From assembly GCA_951406725.2 (NCBI GenBank), contig OX597837.1, positions 17,360,001 to 17,424,000 of the forward strand: 64,000 nucleotides of DNA. The letters run 5' to 3'. This DNA is from Octopus vulgaris. Its lineage: Eukaryota. A program made the position numbers and the translations under genes. Positions 38,078 to 50,165 of this stretch are shown here, piece after piece. The notes below the pieces were generated by a model, which worked only from the letters and a program-made list of their open reading frames with translations, was not told where the DNA came from and ran no database searches. Every line of letters starts with the position of its first letter. Position 1 is the stretch's first letter.

Positions 38078-38358
38078 TACAAAATTAGAGAATGGAGAAA
38101 CATACTTAAATCAATAAAACATCAACTATCAGATGATACCCAATCAATACTTTAATACACCATTACATATCAGTAAAGGCATTATACAAAATATACAGTA
38201 AGAGTAAATAGACAAAGAGATATAAGTATAAAATTTCAAATATAATATGTAATTTGCCTTTACTGATATGTAATGGTGTATTAAAGTATTGATTGGGTAT
38301 CATCTGATAGTTGATGTTTTATTGATTTAAGTATGTTTCTCCATTCTCTAATTTTGTA
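38078..38358. repeat. 104-bp apparently perfect inverted repeat with 73-nt spacer
   Basis: 38078-38181 versus 38255-38358. Confidence 0.92.
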
Positions 38359-38393
38359 TTATATATATATATATATATTTATTTTATAGAAGG

Positions 38394-38444
38394 AGCTTCT
38401 ACAGGACTAGAACTGTTTCATTCAAAAGAAATCATCAGGAAGCT
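38394..38444 (-). ncRNA. Type I hammerhead ribozyme
   Basis: agcuuc-CUGAUGA-uuucuuuugaau-GAAA-cag uucuaguc cug-UA-gaagcu; stem I 6 bp, stem II weak (U-U at base). Confidence 0.7.
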
Positions 38445-38632
38445 AGTAGACAAGAGTTGTTTTGGCATTTATACATTTAGGCAGGTTTAAATGGGTGGTG
38501 GTGGGGGACTTTTTGGGGGGTAGGCATGGCGCAAATATATATATATGTATATATATGTATATATATATATGTATGTGTATGTATATGTGTGTGTATGTGT
38601 ATGTGTATATATATGTGTAGATGTGTGTGTAA

Positions 38633-38676
<44 letters not shown>

Positions 38677-40020
38677 ATGTGTGTGTATGTGTGTATGTGT
38701 GTATGTGTATATGGATGTGTATATATATGTGTGTGTGTGTATGTGTATGTATATATATATGTATATATATACACAAATATATATATATGTGTATATATAT
38801 GTATATATATATGTACGCTTGTGTGTTTATGTATATGTAGGTATGTAGAGTTATGTGTGTATGTATGTATGTATATATACATATGTGTAAATAGGTATAT
38901 ATGGGTATGTTTATATGTATGTATCCGTTTGTATAATGGGTAACTGCACGTATATATATTTATTATTTTTATTATTATTATTATCATTATTATTATTATT
39001 ATTATTAGTTGAGTATGCATGTATCCCGTTTTATATATATATATATATATATGTATATGTATATGTATATGTATGTGTGTGTGTATATATGTATGAGTGT
39101 ATATGTGTATGTATATGTATATGAGTATATATGTATATATATATATATGTATATGTGTATGTATATGTATGTATGTGTATGTATGTGTATATGTATATGT
39201 GCATATATATTAATTAGTGTATATGTATGGACTAGTCTTCTGTGAGTGTGTTGAGGTATGTATGTGTATGCGTGTATGTGAATATACGTGAATGTATGTA
39301 GATGTATGCGTGTATGAATATAACACGTACGTGTGTGTACGTGTGAGCGTGTGGGCGTGGGTGAGTGCCTGCGTTCTTCGTATAAGTAAGTAGACAGATA
39401 AACGGAATCTTTATATCGTCCCTTGAGACCGATTGACCGGTCAAGATAAAAATAAAAAATAAAAATAAAGATATAAACAAAAAGCAGTAATAATAAAATT
39501 AAAATAAGAGAATAAAAATGTGTGTGTTTGTGTGTGCATGTATATGCATTTGTATATATTCGTGCGAGTGGGTATACATATATGTATGTATATGTATGTA
39601 TATGTGTATCTGTGTGTACGTACATGGGTATGTGTATGTATGTATGTATATGTATGTATATATATATGTATATGTATGTGTATGTATGTATATATGTATA
39701 TATATATATATGTATGTATATGTGGGTATGTATGTATATGTATAGATATATGTGAATTTGCGGGTGTATATATGTGTATATATATATGTAGATGTACAAG
39801 TGAGAGTCTCCCTACTAACCTAAAACCCTATTTTTCTTTTATTTTATTTTTTATTTTTTTATTCTTTTATTTATTCTATTATCTACTTTACCAACGATTC
39901 CTTTGACCACTCCCCTTATAATGACAGTTTTGCGCCATGCCTATCCCCCAAAAAAGTCCCCCACCACCACCCATTTAAACCTTCCTAAATGTATAAATGC
40001 CAAAACAACTCTTGTCTACT

Positions 40021-40071
40021 AGCTTCCTGATGATTTCTTTTGAATGAAACAGTTCTAGTCCTGTAGAAACT
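40021..40071 (+). ncRNA. Type I hammerhead ribozyme, inverted partner copy
   Basis: Same motif with one stem I mismatch (gaaact). Confidence 0.62.
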
Positions 40072-40151
40072 CCTTCTATAAAATAAATTAATTTACTCTG
40101 CTATGTATTGAGTACCTTATTGACTGTGGTTAACCCCGACTCAACGCGGGA

Positions 40152-40225
<74 letters not shown>

Positions 40226-40439
40226 TATATACATACATATATGAACATACTTACATATATATGTATATATATATATATATGCATATATGGCTACAGGACG
40301 TCACAAAACGTAAACAACATGAAATACGCAAACAACATGAATCATGAAACACGAAAATAACATGAAATACGAAAGGAAACTTGGATATGCGAACAACGAG
40401 AGAAACAAATGGAAAACAAGACGAGTAACATAAAGAAGG

Positions 40440-40503
40440 ACCCTTCATCAGTTGTTGGCTGTTCATCTACTCCACATTTCGAGCAATTAATGACAATATG
40501 AGG
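40440..40503 (-). ncRNA. Candidate non-circularly permuted hammerhead ribozyme (family 2)
   Basis: ccuca-UA-uugu-cauuaauu-gcuc-GAAA-ugugg-16 nt-acaa-CUGAUGA-a-gggu. Confidence 0.55.
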
Positions 40504-40899
40504 CTTCGAAAAACAGATGCTCCCGCGAACCAAAATAAACTTTGGGATTTGCGGAGGGTAACAAAAGCAGGACAGTAGAGACGCACAACAAACCAAACGA
40601 AAACAAACACGGAGGGTCGTTAGGCTAGACGAGTTAAGGTCGGCCGCACGCAGCAACATCGCCAATCATACGACCAGCAGTGATAACCACGGCGATAACA
40701 CGCCAGATCATTGTGCCATATCAACTGAGTCAGCAACGGTGTTACCAACAGCATCCCCAGGATCGGAGCCTATCAGAGATATACCAGGAGTGCGTATATA
40801 GCCACATCCCTAGTCTATAAATATATTGGATCAGCCAGTACATCTCCCAAACGTTGCTTCCGCAACCACCAGTCGTCCTTAAGAGTCCCAGAAAGACGG

Positions 40900-41430
40900 T
40901 TTGTCACGTCCCTGTTCCGCCATATCTGGCACCTGATATCAGGTGGAAAATAATAGATCATCCAGGCCTATATATTAATGCGAAAGGCCGTTGTAAAATC
41001 TGCATTGCGGAGAGAGCCAAAATTCATATACTAAACCTGGCACATTAAATAGTCGTAAAGAAATTTTCTCTAAATGTGTCCACTTCAAGCGCTACCTACT
41101 GTAAAATTAGATCTCCCCATTTGCTGGTTAGACATTTTCAGGTCTATTAGGGATATTTTATCATCTGGTTCAGAGAAGACAATCCGTACACATTAACGTT
41201 TTTATATGTTAAGGCTTAAATCTCGATTTCTGAGCCTTTCCTCAAGTTCGCGACCTAGAAAGTTTTAATTTTTTGTCTTTGTATAGAGTCTGACGAGCTG
41301 TCCATAAGGCTTTGGCTTTGTGGATACGAAACCTTTGGTAACTCTATGTCCAAACTTTCAATTTTTCTTGTAATAATTACTGCTCTATTAGTTAGAGTGT
41401 GCTTCTTTTCCGATATATGTTTTATTGACT
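40900..41430 (+). mobile_element. Penelope-like element 3' end (GIY-YIG C-terminal remnant plus pseudo-LTR)
   Basis: IRWKIIDHPGLYINAKGRCKICIAERAKI then, frameshifted, LNSRKEIFSKCVHF; followed by a hammerhead and (TA)n. Confidence 0.7.
41283..41347 (+). ncRNA. Type I hammerhead ribozyme with long stem II
   Basis: auagagu-CUGACGA-g c uguccauaaggc uuug gcuuuguggaua c-GAAA-cc uuu gg-UA-acucuau. Confidence 0.85.
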
Positions 41431-41442
41431 ATGTATGTATGT

Positions 41443-41473
<31 letters not shown>

Positions 41474-41478
41474 CATAC

Positions 41479-41517
<39 letters not shown>

Positions 41518-41550
41518 TTATTTATATATATATATGCATATATGTGTATG

Positions 41551-41583
<33 letters not shown>

Positions 41584-41586
41584 ATA

Positions 41587-41715
<129 letters not shown>

Positions 41716-44700
41716 ATGTGTGTGTGTGTTTGTACATACATACACCACACAGTTTGAACAAAAAGACATCATTTATCAGCTGTTAACTGGAAATTAACCT
41801 TCCGACGATATCACTCTTTCCATCAGTGCCGAGCAGCTTCCATGTTGCCAGGGAATATCCGAGTTCTTTTGATCTATTATGTGACGAGCTTTTACCTTCC
41901 GTCAGCCATGTCAGCACTACAAATCAACAACAGTTCTCAGTAAAATCCATGAAGGTGATATTCTAAGTAGTAAATAGTTCCATCGATAATCCGTTCGGAG
42001 TCCGGTGGTAAGAGAGTCCTTGAGTGGTGGCAATAGTCTAAAAAGTAGGTCGAAAAGTAGATGAGAGTCCGCGAGAAAAGTGGGGGACCACGTGAGTGTA
42101 TATTATATATGATCCTTAAATAAGAAAAGAAAAAAGACAAAAAACACACAAAGATGGGATTAAAGAACAACGAACAGAGTTTTCTTCTTTAACTCTTAGG
42201 AAAAATAGAAGGAGACTTTAATGCTTCTGTAGAAAGGATAGATGAGGAGAGAGAGAAATATAAGCAAAACGGTCAAAGCAAGTTAAAATGACTGCAAGAC
42301 CAAGAAGTTGGCTTAGGTGTGGACAGCAAAGGAGAAAACAGTGACCTGGTGCGCGAGCGCGTTGTAAGAAGCTAATGTGTGCGTGTGTAAATATGCGTAT
42401 GGGCGCGTGTATGAGAAAGCATATGTGTGTGTGCATGATGCTAATATGTGCGTGTGTATGATGCTAACATGTGCGTGTGTATGTATGCGAACAAGTATGT
42501 GTGTGGTGTATGAAACAATGTGTGCGTGTGTTCGTGTGTTCAAGGGAGTGCGCGCGCGTATGTGCGAACAAGTACGCAAGTGCGCAGCTGTTATGTGTAT
42601 ATATGAAACAATGTATACACTATACGTGAGTGTGTGTGCGTTTATGTGGGCGTGTGCATGTGCGTGTGAGGCTAAGGAAGATATGTGCAGCTGTAAACAT
42701 TTCCAGTCATGCAGCAATTTTACTATTCTTTAAGAAATCGTTCCTTTTTTATTGATCTTTATATATATACGGTTACTATGAGAAATAGATACTCTTAAAT
42801 GACCAGACACCTCCATTCAAGTCACAACACGAAACTTGAATGCAGTGTTTGCGAAGATTAGAAAGAAGGAGATTGAGCAGTACTACTGGATGTGTAACGT
42901 TAGTGTACATGTAACAAGCTGAAGCCGAGAGAAAAAGAGGAATGCAAGAGCAATCAGATGTAATGTACAAAAGGAAAGACTGCTTGAGTCGGTCGTGTAA
43001 TGCGTATGGAGAGAACAAATGCATAAAGAAGTGCAAGGAATTCGAAGTGATTGGAACTTGAAGCGAGAGGTCGAGGCCTCCCGCTTTCAAGGTTAGATCA
43101 CTTCTGAATAAATATATCACTTTTCTCCTGCCGTTGACCATCTCTATGACACTATCAATAACTCACCACTAAACACGCTCTCAGTCCGTCTGTCTGTCTG
43201 TCTTTCTCTCTCTCTCTCACTCTCTCTTCCAATACCCTCATCAACACTGTCTCTTCTATAACAACCATCCTTATCACACCCAATAACTCTTTTCTTCCAT
43301 TCATACTTTTACTTTCGTCTCTGACTTACCTCAGTTCATCTATTGTGACCATAATTTTAATGTGGGTTCTTTAATTTAGCAAGGTATAAACATCATCACT
43401 AGTGTCGGTGTCACGATAAAATACTCCTAGCACACTCTTCAGAGTGTATGGCGAATCGAGAAGTGACAATGGTGGGTCTGGAAGCCTCTTTTGTCATACC
43501 GAATGCACGACAACTTCTCTAGCGCTGATACCACCATGAAAGGCAAGCGGTACACTCTATAAAACACTGGCATGCATTGGGGGATCATCATGTTCATACC
43601 AATTCGTATTCAGATTTGCTGCCCAACAAGACGGTTTGAAGGGCAACGTCTCGAACAGATTTTGGTTGGATGTTCATCCCAGCACCAAACACTTCACAGA
43701 GTGTATTGGGTTCAATTTTATGGTGGCATCTGCACCATTGAAGTTGTATGAGGTCTCACTACTCTACAAGTGTCTCTATTCAACATGATCAATAAGGTGA
43801 ATTGAAGGGAGAAAGGGGATCGAGAGTACGATGAGATCAGAGAATAGTGATTGCAGTGAAAGGATGGTAGGGAAGCATGTTACGAAAGACAGAGTGTGGT
43901 GGTAGAGTGTATAGGAGAGGTGAGTGCAGAAGGGTAGAAGGATGAGAGACCGAAAGAGTTTTGATAGACAGCTTTGAGAGAATCACAAGGCAATTATCAT
44001 ATATTGAACCTGAGAGAGAACGAATGAGTTGAGAGACACAGAGAGAATAACAGATAGATTATGATAGAGAAGATTTCAAAGAGCAGATGAGCAATTAACG
44101 GGTAAGTATTGGGCAATAGTCTTAGGTGTAATTTGGAGAAGCAACTGATAGAGGTTCAACAGGGCTATATGGGCAATCGACCTATATAGGTATATACACC
44201 TTCCAGTCTTCATCGCTATCAATGTTCGCTACGTCATGCTTACACGAATTAACGAGTTTACTCCAGCAAATCATGTCACCAGCGATCGTGATCCTTTTCT
44301 CTTCTTCTGGATTTCAGCATCTAGAGATCAGCCTTCACCACTTTGCCCATAGCAAGGGGTGATATTAAAAACATGCGCGCACGCACACACATATCTTTAT
44401 TCATGTAAGGAACAATGACATAAATATTCAGCAAATTAAGCCTATGATGCAAGCCATATGCATTAAATCTTCCCATGAGTAAGAGCAACATACAAATATG
44501 AGTGTGTGTGGGTGTGTATAAAACAGGGACAGAAAATTTCTTGCAGATGAAAAATAAATATCACAAATAGCTCCAACGAGCGAAAATTCACTATAAAAAC
44601 TTTACTCTTAAAAACTGAAAACAAATTCAAGCCCTCCTTTTCAAAAAGAAGTGAAGATGAAACAGCAGGGCTATGGAAAACATGAAAAAACGAATCATAA

Positions 44701-44970
44701 AAATTTATATATTTTTTTGAAAAAGAATCAGCTTCAGTAAATTACAGAATAAAGCCATTGTTCCTGAGAAATAGTTCACTGACTGCAGACCCCAAAAGAA
44801 TATGTGAAATACTGAAGGAAAAATTCGAATGTGTTTTCACCTCCCCCAATGGGATACTGCCAAATAAATCAGCCACAAGAATTCTCCATCACTGTTACTC
44901 TCTTTCCTATATGTATGCCTTGCATATACATACATACATACGTTCACATACACATATATGGGTATGTTTA

Positions 44971-45071
<101 letters not shown>

Positions 45072-45090
45072 ATTATATATATATATATCC

Positions 45091-45140
<50 letters not shown>

Positions 45141-45142
<2 letters not shown>

Positions 45143-48100
45143 TCAATAAATGGTGGGGTTGTGTTGACCGCACGTGGAGAAATGATAAGCAAGGAAAAAT
45201 TGTAAAAAGGCAGAATGCTAAATTGAAAGAAAATTTTAATGAAAATGGGTGTATGGAAAAAGTTTTTGAAAAATTGATAAAATATATGAATATATATTAA
45301 TTCAAACCGGTTTTCGTCATAATGTGACTTTTCAAGAATTGTAAAGGAAAAATTTTTTTTTAATGTGAGGAGGGGGAAAAAGAAAACTACATTGCTTTTT
45401 GCAAAAAAATAATAATAAATATATACAAAAATTAAAAAATAAGTACTCCGATACATTGTAAAGTCTTTGTGTATCTTGAGTTTAATGATTGTTCACGAAA
45501 AAATTACCTTGAATTATTAGGATCCAATGGGATTAAAACCATGTGTTGTTTAGTTTAATTAAGGGTGTTGGCAAAACAGGAAGTAGTAGTAGTAGTAGTT
45601 CTTCAGTTCCTGTGTTGTAAATAAGGGGAGACAACTCAAGGGTTTTAAGCTCTTCAATTTGTGTTTATCAATTTTTTGTAATGAAGGGTGTTATTAAACC
45701 TTAAATTATAAAATTATCATTTTAGCTTCATTTGCATTATCTTTTTTATATAATTGTTTGCTAACTTAACATTCAGATTTTAACACTTTATTTATATTAT
45801 TTTCTAATTATATAAATTTGCATAAACCAATTTATAATTACATTTCAGATTGTTATGTCATATATAATAAAAATGATAGTAATAATAACAACAATAATAA
45901 TAATGATATTTAAAGAATATAAGTTTTAGCTTAAAGTGATGAATGCATGGTATCCTTATATATTTATGTTAGTCCATCCATGAAGAATGAGGTAGAAAAA
46001 GGAAGTATGATCAACGAGGAGTTTGCATATTAAGTTGCGTTTTGAATTTTTCAATAAAGAGATTCTCCTTGTTAATTCTCTCCTGTGTGGTGATCCCGTC
46101 TTTACATTGGTAGAAGGGGAATATGTAGAATTTGGGATTTTTGTCTTTAGCGCATGAGTCTATGTGGTCACTCAGTGGGATTTGTCGGTATTCCGGGATA
46201 TTTATTTGTTCTTTATGCACTGCTACTCGTTTGTCCAACATAATTATGTTGGCAACCAGCGCATGTGAGAACGTAGATAAGGTTCTCGGAGGAACAGGAG
46301 AAGTTAGTCTTGATTTTAAACTTCGTTCCTTGTTTGAAGATAAATTCAGAGCCTTCAAGTAGGAAGGGGCAGGTGCCACAGTTTGGGCGTGCACATTTTT
46401 TAACTGCTGGGGGTGGATGTGGTGTGTGAAGTTTGGCATTTGTCAAGAGTTTTTTTAAGATTTGTGTTGCCTTTTACATTTGAGGATTTTGTGTGTATTT
46501 ATAATGTTTTTCATTTTTGGGTCTGTTGACAGTAGACTGAGGTTTTGTATGATTGTGGTGTATGCTTCGATATTTTTGGGGTTGTGGGTGGAAATGTATG
46601 GAAGTATTTTGGGGTTGTGTGTGGTGTTAGGTTGGGTGGTTTTCAGTGTAATGTTGTCTAGTTCTTTGGCGCGTTTTATTCCATACTCTATAAGGGTGGA
46701 GGGATATTGGCGTTGTAATAGTGTTTCTTTTTTAGGTCTTGAAGGCGTATTTCTCGTGTTTTTGGATCTGAGACAATGGTGCATACCCTTTTAGCTAAGT
46801 TGAAAGGGATATTTGTCTTGGTGTGTTTTGGGTGGCATGAACTAAAGAGGAGGTATTGTTGTGAGTCTGTAGGTTTGTGTAGATGTCTGTTATGATTTGG
46901 TTCTTAGGTGTTTTTATAATTAGGAGATCAAGGAAAGGGAGATGATGTTTGCTTAATTCCATAGTGAATTGAATGTTGGGATGTATGTTGTTCAGTATGG
47001 TTTTGAATTCCAGAAGTTTTTCATAAGGTTCTTTCCATATGATGAAACAATCAACCTTTTCCAGTTTTCCATTAGGTAGGTGTGGAAAACATGTCCAAAT
47101 TTCTGGCGTGATATCTCATAGAGTGATAGTTCGAAGAAACCCATTATGAGGTTCGCAAGGACTGGTGCAGCCTTGGTACCCATCGCAATACCACATTTTT
47201 GACGGTAGTGTGTGTTGTCGAAGAGGAAATAATTGTTTGTCAGAATGAACTTGAGTTATTCCGTAATAAAGGTCTTGTGAATGCGGTCAGGGAATGTCTC
47301 TGGGTGTTTTTCTAGCCAGAAATCAATTGCCTCAATACCATATTCATGTGGGATGTTGGTGTAGAGGTTGATGACATCAAAGGATACCAGGAGCGCCTCC
47401 TCGTTAACTGTTTTCGGGAGGTGTTTGAGCATGTCCAGATCATCCCTAATGAAACCTTTGATGTGGGTAAGGAAAGGTTTCAAAAGGATGTCTAAGAAAT
47501 TACTCAGGCGGTGTGTTTCACAGGAGGTGCCAGCCACGATGGGCCTTAGTTTTAGGTCCTCCGGTGCTTTGATGTTGATGTGGATGTCAGAGGAGAGTTT
47601 GCAGGCTTCGGTGATGTATTTGTTTTTATGGATTTTAAGAAGGCCATAAAAAAGGCTGGGCTTGCATTTGAAATTGGTGATATAATCCCTTTCTTTTTCT
47701 GTGAGTCCCTGACCGTGTTGGAGTATGAGTGTGGTGAGGTTTCTGATTGTTTTTTGTTGTTTATAGTTGTTAATAACCTCATAGAAAGTGTTATTGTTTA
47801 GCATGGAAAGCACTAGGTGTTTATAAAACTCCGTGTCCATAAGGACCACAGCACTCCCTTTGTCGGCTTCTTTGATGGTAAGGTTTTTATCCAGTTGTAT
47901 GTCACGTAGGTTTTTCCATTCTTCCTTACTGAAATTGGATTTTACCTTGGTTTTGCCTGGGGTAAAGGGGAGACTCTGGATGTGTTTGCAAAAATCGTCC
48001 AGTGTTTTATTTCTCCCTTTTGATGGTAGGAAGTTGCTTTTATTTCTGATCAATGAATCATTGTTGAGATCTGTCAAAACGTCTGTTAAACGAAGTTTTC

Positions 48101-48791
48101 TGCAGAATTCAGAAACGTCATCCTTGACCTCCGGGGGGTTGAGTGTTCTTGGGGTGGGTGTGAATTTCAAACCTCTTGCTAGGATGTTGATTTGGGTTGG
48201 TGTCAGTGTATTGCTGGAGAGGTTTATAACTTTTGTTTTCTTATTTTGGGTCTGTGTTAGCGGTGGTGTTTGTATTTTTCCCCTCTGTCTAAAAAATGGT
48301 TGTTGAGGTAAGGGGTGTATTGTTTATTAAAGTTCTGGTTGTATGTGTGGGGGTGTTTTGGGGTGGGGAGGTTGGAAGGGGGTAGGTAGTTGTAGTACTT
48401 ATGTTGGTATGGGATGCGATGGTGTAAGGTTTTGTGAGAAATGCGGTGGGTTTGTGGGTGTGTGTATGGTAGATTGTATGGGGGGATGTAGAGGGGTATG
48501 TAGTTGTGGTGATTAGGTTCGTGTGGGATGTGAAGGTTTGGAGATCTGTAGGATATGTGGTAGGAATGTGGTTGTTGGATGGGTGGGTATTATATGTATC
48601 GGTGTGGGTAGGATGCCTTGTTTGTTATTAGTGTGAGGGAGGGGAGCACTGAGGGGGGATAATTCCTAGTGTATGGGAGGTTCTTGATGGTTCTTGTCGG
48701 TGGGGGAGGGGTGTTGGAGTGACTAGAAATCCAGGTTTTGTGGTGGGTCTTGTTTGAGATATTTGGGGGGGGAGGCTTTTTGTATGGTTTT

Positions 48792-48795
<4 letters not shown>
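45141..48795 (-). mobile_element. Penelope-like element (Neptune-type, RT plus C-terminal GIY-YIG), decayed, between (TA)n tracts
   Basis: IKEADKGSAVV, LRPIVAG, SFDVINLYTNIP, GIAMGTKAAP, PFLDLLI, CARPNCGTC, SCSSENLIYVLTCAGCQHNYVGQT; hammerhead in the 3' repeat. Confidence 0.93.
45299..45340 (-). ncRNA. Minimal type I hammerhead, U3/A8 core variant with palindromic stem III
   Basis: aauuc-UUGAAAA-guca cauua ugac-GAAA-accggu-UU-gaauu. Confidence 0.78.
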
Positions 48796-48845
<50 letters not shown>

Positions 48846-49975
48846 CACAGGGCGACAAAAAATTGTTTTTGTCTGGTGCCTGAAATATTTCAACGATTTC
48901 TTAAATGATTTTGCTTGAGAAACACTGAAGTGTTTCTCTATCAGGTCTAGTTTTCTGACTAAACCTGATAAAGTAAGTATTTTATTCATAGAAGCGGCAT
49001 ATAATATGAATCAATAAAGAGAGCGTAAAACAAAACAAAACGAAGTATAAATAAAAATCTAAAATTGAAAATGCAGATTGGCAAAAATTTGGGGCAGAAA
49101 ATTCAAGGAATATGTTTACGCTTCTTTGTGCACTGTGAATGTTGAGCTACATGAGTATCTTGTTTTAAACACCAGCAAGAATCTGTCATCATCACAGCAT
49201 CCCAACATCCTTGGTACCGAGTTTTCATCTTGATGTCCTGATGGAATCGTTCACCTTGTTCATCGCTAACATCTCCAAGATTTCCAGGAAAATTATCAAG
49301 ATGACTAAAAAGATAATGCATTTTGATGCTCATATTCGCGCCAACATCACGAAAAGCTGATATCAAGTTGGTAACAAGGTCTTTATAGTTTTCACTTTTG
49401 TGTTTCCCAAGGAAATTTTGTACTACTTTTGCAAAGGCTAGCCAAGATGATGCTTCATTTTTGCTCATTTTCATGAAATTCGTGTCCTTCAAGAGCTTAC
49501 GGATCTGTGGTCCATCAAAAATCCCAGCTTTAAGTTTTTCAGTTGTCAAGTCTAGAAATACACTGCAGATATACTTGAAGCACTCCCCATTTTTATCCAG
49601 AGCTTTGACAAATTGCTTGATCAATCCGATTTTGATGTGCAAAGGGGGTGGAATGATCTCGGTCAACTAAAGGTTCTTTCAATATATTGGCAGTTCTAAA
49701 TGGAGCCATATTTGTTCGAGGCAGCCAGTCTTTCTTAACATAGTGGTTTACTCAGTCTCTACTGATCCACATGCAAACAAAGTGTGGGTATTTGGTATAA
49801 CTAGATTGCTGTCCCATGAGAAAATTCACCATCTTTAAGTCAATGCAGATGACCCATTTATGATCATGAAATAATTTCTTCTCTAAAACCAACCTAATTT
49901 CTTCATATTTTTCCTTCAGAGTTGTTGAGTGGCCGAGTGGGACAGTGCCATACACATTTCCGTTGTGCGGAACAA
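48846..49975 (-). mobile_element. Chapaev3-like transposon 3' half (catalytic region plus terminus)
   Basis: ICIDLKMVNFLMG, PPLHIKIGLIKQFVKAL, KAGIFDGPQIRKL, KMHYLFSHLD, SDEQGERFHQDI; TTA|CACAGG terminus. Confidence 0.78.
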
Positions 49976-50020
49976 GTATAGTGTTATTGGACGCTCAGGA
50001 AAGTAAAGAAAGAAAGAGGA

Positions 50021-50053
50021 TTTAACGTTTCGAGCGGAGCACTTCGTCAGAAA
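50021..50053 (-). ncRNA. Minimal hammerhead in a ~150-bp PLE-like terminal fragment (49976-50124)
   Basis: uuu-CUGACGA-a-gugc ucc gcuc-GAAA-cg-UU-aaa; palindromic aacguu; one mismatch in stem II. Confidence 0.58.
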
Positions 50054-50120
50054 CATAGAAAAAGGGAAGGTCCAAGGAAGTGAAGACGGAGAAAGAAAAT
50101 CGCCAACGATACACGTGCGG

Positions 50121-50163
<43 letters not shown>

Positions 50164-50165
<2 letters not shown>

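Larger units (their letters stand above)
38378..40153. mobile_element. Non-autonomous PLE-like element with ~158-bp inverted pseudo-LTRs around degenerate (TA/TG)n
   Basis: 38378-38535 inverted relative to 39929-40087; each arm holds a hammerhead; right arm has an extra ~65-bp tail before (TA)n. Confidence 0.75.

Noticed and set aside
45900-48300. Naiad-type PLE with N-terminal endonuclease or selenocysteine recoding
   Set aside because: The GIY-YIG domain is C-terminal, and ORF breaks look like frameshifts rather than conserved UGA codons.
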